A DNA stretch of 63,440 nucleotides, the filler included, from Rhabdomonas costata (taxonomy: Eukaryota): the NCBI GenBank assembly GCA_019059605.1. It is 28 parts of 28 records of this genome, joined end to end, with 100 filler letters (N's around TTAATTAATTAA, not from the genome) between each part and the next. Parts side by side here need not be neighbours in the genome. Positions count along the whole stretch, not along the records: positions 61,276 to 63,440 come from JAHMHO010005117.1; 27 more parts are not named here. One strand, given 5' to 3'. Within the stretch, counting starts at the first letter, position 1. The number at the start of each line of letters is the position of its first letter. Positions 61,176 to 63,440 of this stretch are shown piece by piece. Under the pieces are notes generated by a model. It had not been told where the DNA came from. It saw only the letters and a program-made list of their open reading frames with translations, and ran no database searches. Position numbers and translations under genes: made by a program.

Positions 61176-62958
61176 NNNNNNNNNNNNNNNNNNNNNNNNN
61201 NNNNNNNNNNNNNNNNNNNTTAATTAATTAANNNNNNNNNNNNNNNNNNNNNNNNNNNNNNNNNNNNNNNNNNNNCGAAAAGCTTCTGGGGCTGGTGGCC
61301 GTAGTGACGTGGAAACCCGTGGCCCTCTCTGAGACCTTCCGTGGAGAGGTTGGCGAGTCGACTCAAAGGCGCACCCCCACTTGCAGTTGGTATGTGTGTA
61401 ATGTAAGTTTCATTGCGCATATCAAAGGCACCACCTTCTTCTCCTGATACTGCTGTTTAGTCTTCCTCTGAGCGAAAATTAGTCTCGATGAAATAGGAAA
61501 TGTGTTTCTGTCTTCACTTCGATCCTTCCACATGGCAGAAAGGCGATATTGATCCGTACTTTACCATTTTGTTTGCATAACGCTGCTATGGGTTGTTGTC
61601 GGCACCCTAAGTGTGCGCCTCTGCCAACAGCTGATATTGTAGCTATACCATTTATTGTGCAATATTACAGACGAATTTCCATAGAGATGACAACGGCACC
61701 CCAGGCGAGAAGGCCCAGTGAAATGGCTGTGATATTACTGGCAGTAGACTCGTACGCATGGTGAACGGGGCCGAAATGGAGGATGAGGATGAGAAGTACA
61801 GCAGCGATTCAGGGCAGTCCTGTGGAATGGGTTGCCGTCCAGGTGCCCGCAGAGACGACGAGATGTACAGGGAGCTTATGGTTTTGCAGGGCGAGCCGGT
61901 ACGCGCTTGCAGCGGATTTTTCTCAGTGCTGTTTTCTGCAATTTTGGCATTATTTGAAGTGATGTCGAGTACAAAAGGTCCGCCTCAGGTTTTCGATGTT
62001 TTCACACCCACACGTAATACAAAGCTCTGACCTGAGTCTTCGGTCCATCAGTCAATCAGCTGTCAGCAGTGTGGAGAGTTGCAGTTTGCTCTGGTTGCTG
62101 CGCATTGTCATGCAGCCATCGAATGACCATCGATTAATCACATCATACCCAGCTCAAGGTGCGCTATGGTGTGTCTTGTTTGCCAGCCAGGCTCTCGAGT
62201 ACAGAAGACAGATGATCACCAGAGGGTACAATTGCATTGGAGGGGTGGCGTTTAACATTTAACTGGGCAGCGTGGTTTTTGACCTTTGTGGAGTTTTGTA
62301 ATTTTCGTTGCGGGGTTTGCCAGAAAAAGGCACGCGACCATTTAGGGGCGTGGCCAGAGATGCTGGAGGCCATTCCGCGGTGCGACGGGGGTGGGAGGAC
62401 TGGTTAGGATTTTCCAGTGGTGGACGATACACGTTTAGCACTGCTATTCAACCAATTGCTTTTTTGGCGATGTTATTTTTGGGTTGTTAGGGAACCCGTC
62501 AGCTACCATAAGCGCATTTACTTTTGCAAGAAGGCGTTTTGTTTACTGTTTTTCTGTCGCTTCACGGACATACTTCAGTATAATGAGGCATAGAAAATTT
62601 ACAACCGTTTAGCAGTGGTATCCGTAAAACGTCCCCTCCAAAAAAGATGCAAGAGGCCCCAAAGGAAGTTACTCCACACACACAGAGAAAAATACAGTCC
62701 CCAACAGAGGATTTCTCAGCTCCACATCAGACCGCATTCTATTTGCCTAACACACACATAGAGTGCAGTAACGACAGCAGTTTACGCAGCAATTCAGCAC
62801 TAGCCAATGAAACGCGCACACAAATGCACATGCACATGCACATGCACAAGAACTGTTCAACAACCTAACAAAAAACAAAAACAAGCAGTCAGTCAGTCAG
62901 TCAGTCAGTCGAATGAAACAGCGCACACGACACGCACGCCTCAAAAATCAGCACGCAC

Positions 62959-63057
62959 CTGGTAGAGTCACAGTCCGACCCTCGGAAGAAGTCCACCGAA
63001 CAACGAGCTTGCGTGGAGACCCCGGTCCAGTGCCTCAACACACCATACGCACCATAC
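62959..63057 (-). CDS. Isolated candidate internal exon, unknown protein
   Basis: 99-nt open segment bounded by CGCAG and a GTGCGT donor (YGAYGVLRHWTGVSTQARCSVDFFRGSDCDST). Confidence 0.3.
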
Positions 63058-63440
63058 CTGCGCTTAGTATTTGCCATCTTGCCACCGGGCCAGCCGCAGG
63101 TAGGACGCACATCCTCAAGCGCAACCCTAACTACCATAAAGAAGAATGCGCACGCACACAAAGCAAAGGCCCAAACACTTACACCGATACCAACACAGAA
63201 ACAGAACCATCACTCAAACATCCAAACGCACATCCTGACACTCACCCACCCACACAACGCACGCAGGAACCCAACACACACCCGCAGGAACAAACACTGA
63301 AAGCCTAGCAACACCGGAACCCAACCAAGAGGAAGCCACCGCACCAAACCCGCTCAGCCAACTCACGCCAACACCCACTACAACGCACCACACCAAGACC
63401 GCAACCCGTACACAGAAGCACAATTCCTACCACCAACAAC

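Overview
This window is not one locus. It is 28 unlinked contigs of about 2.16-2.19 kb, joined by an artificial 100-nt spacer (N44-TTAATTAATTAA-N44), so adjacency across spacers has no biological meaning. The DNA is from an intron-rich eukaryote. I rebuilt about 40 splice junctions by hand from frame continuity: all are GT-AG except one GC-AG, and donors are biased to GTNYG. That bias, receptor-type adenylate cyclase fragments and a likely trans-splice acceptor point to a euglenid (inference). Many contigs start G/T-only and end C/A-only, and three end in fold-back inversions, which indicates whole-genome-amplification artefacts. Recognisable gene fragments: Aquarius helicase, presequence protease (M16C), ERG4-type sterol reductase, SERINC, a PPWD1/CYP71-like cyclophilin C-terminus, an RRM protein, a LicD-family transferase, a GT-A/DUF6492-like protein, an NXPE/TBL-like protein, EGF-repeat, Cys-repeat and cadherin-like surface proteins, adenylate cyclases, and two R-S-E ADP-ribosyltransferase (ART) copies, one of them decayed. 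The best second-look items are an intronic box C/D snoRNA with a guide to the LSU rRNA 5' region, a stop-free in-frame 303-nt GT-AG segment splitting an ART catalytic core, an array of GCGNAGC mini-hairpins and two MITE candidates. I found no convincing multi-gene novel system, and the fragmentation would hide one. All family calls come from motif recognition, not database searches.
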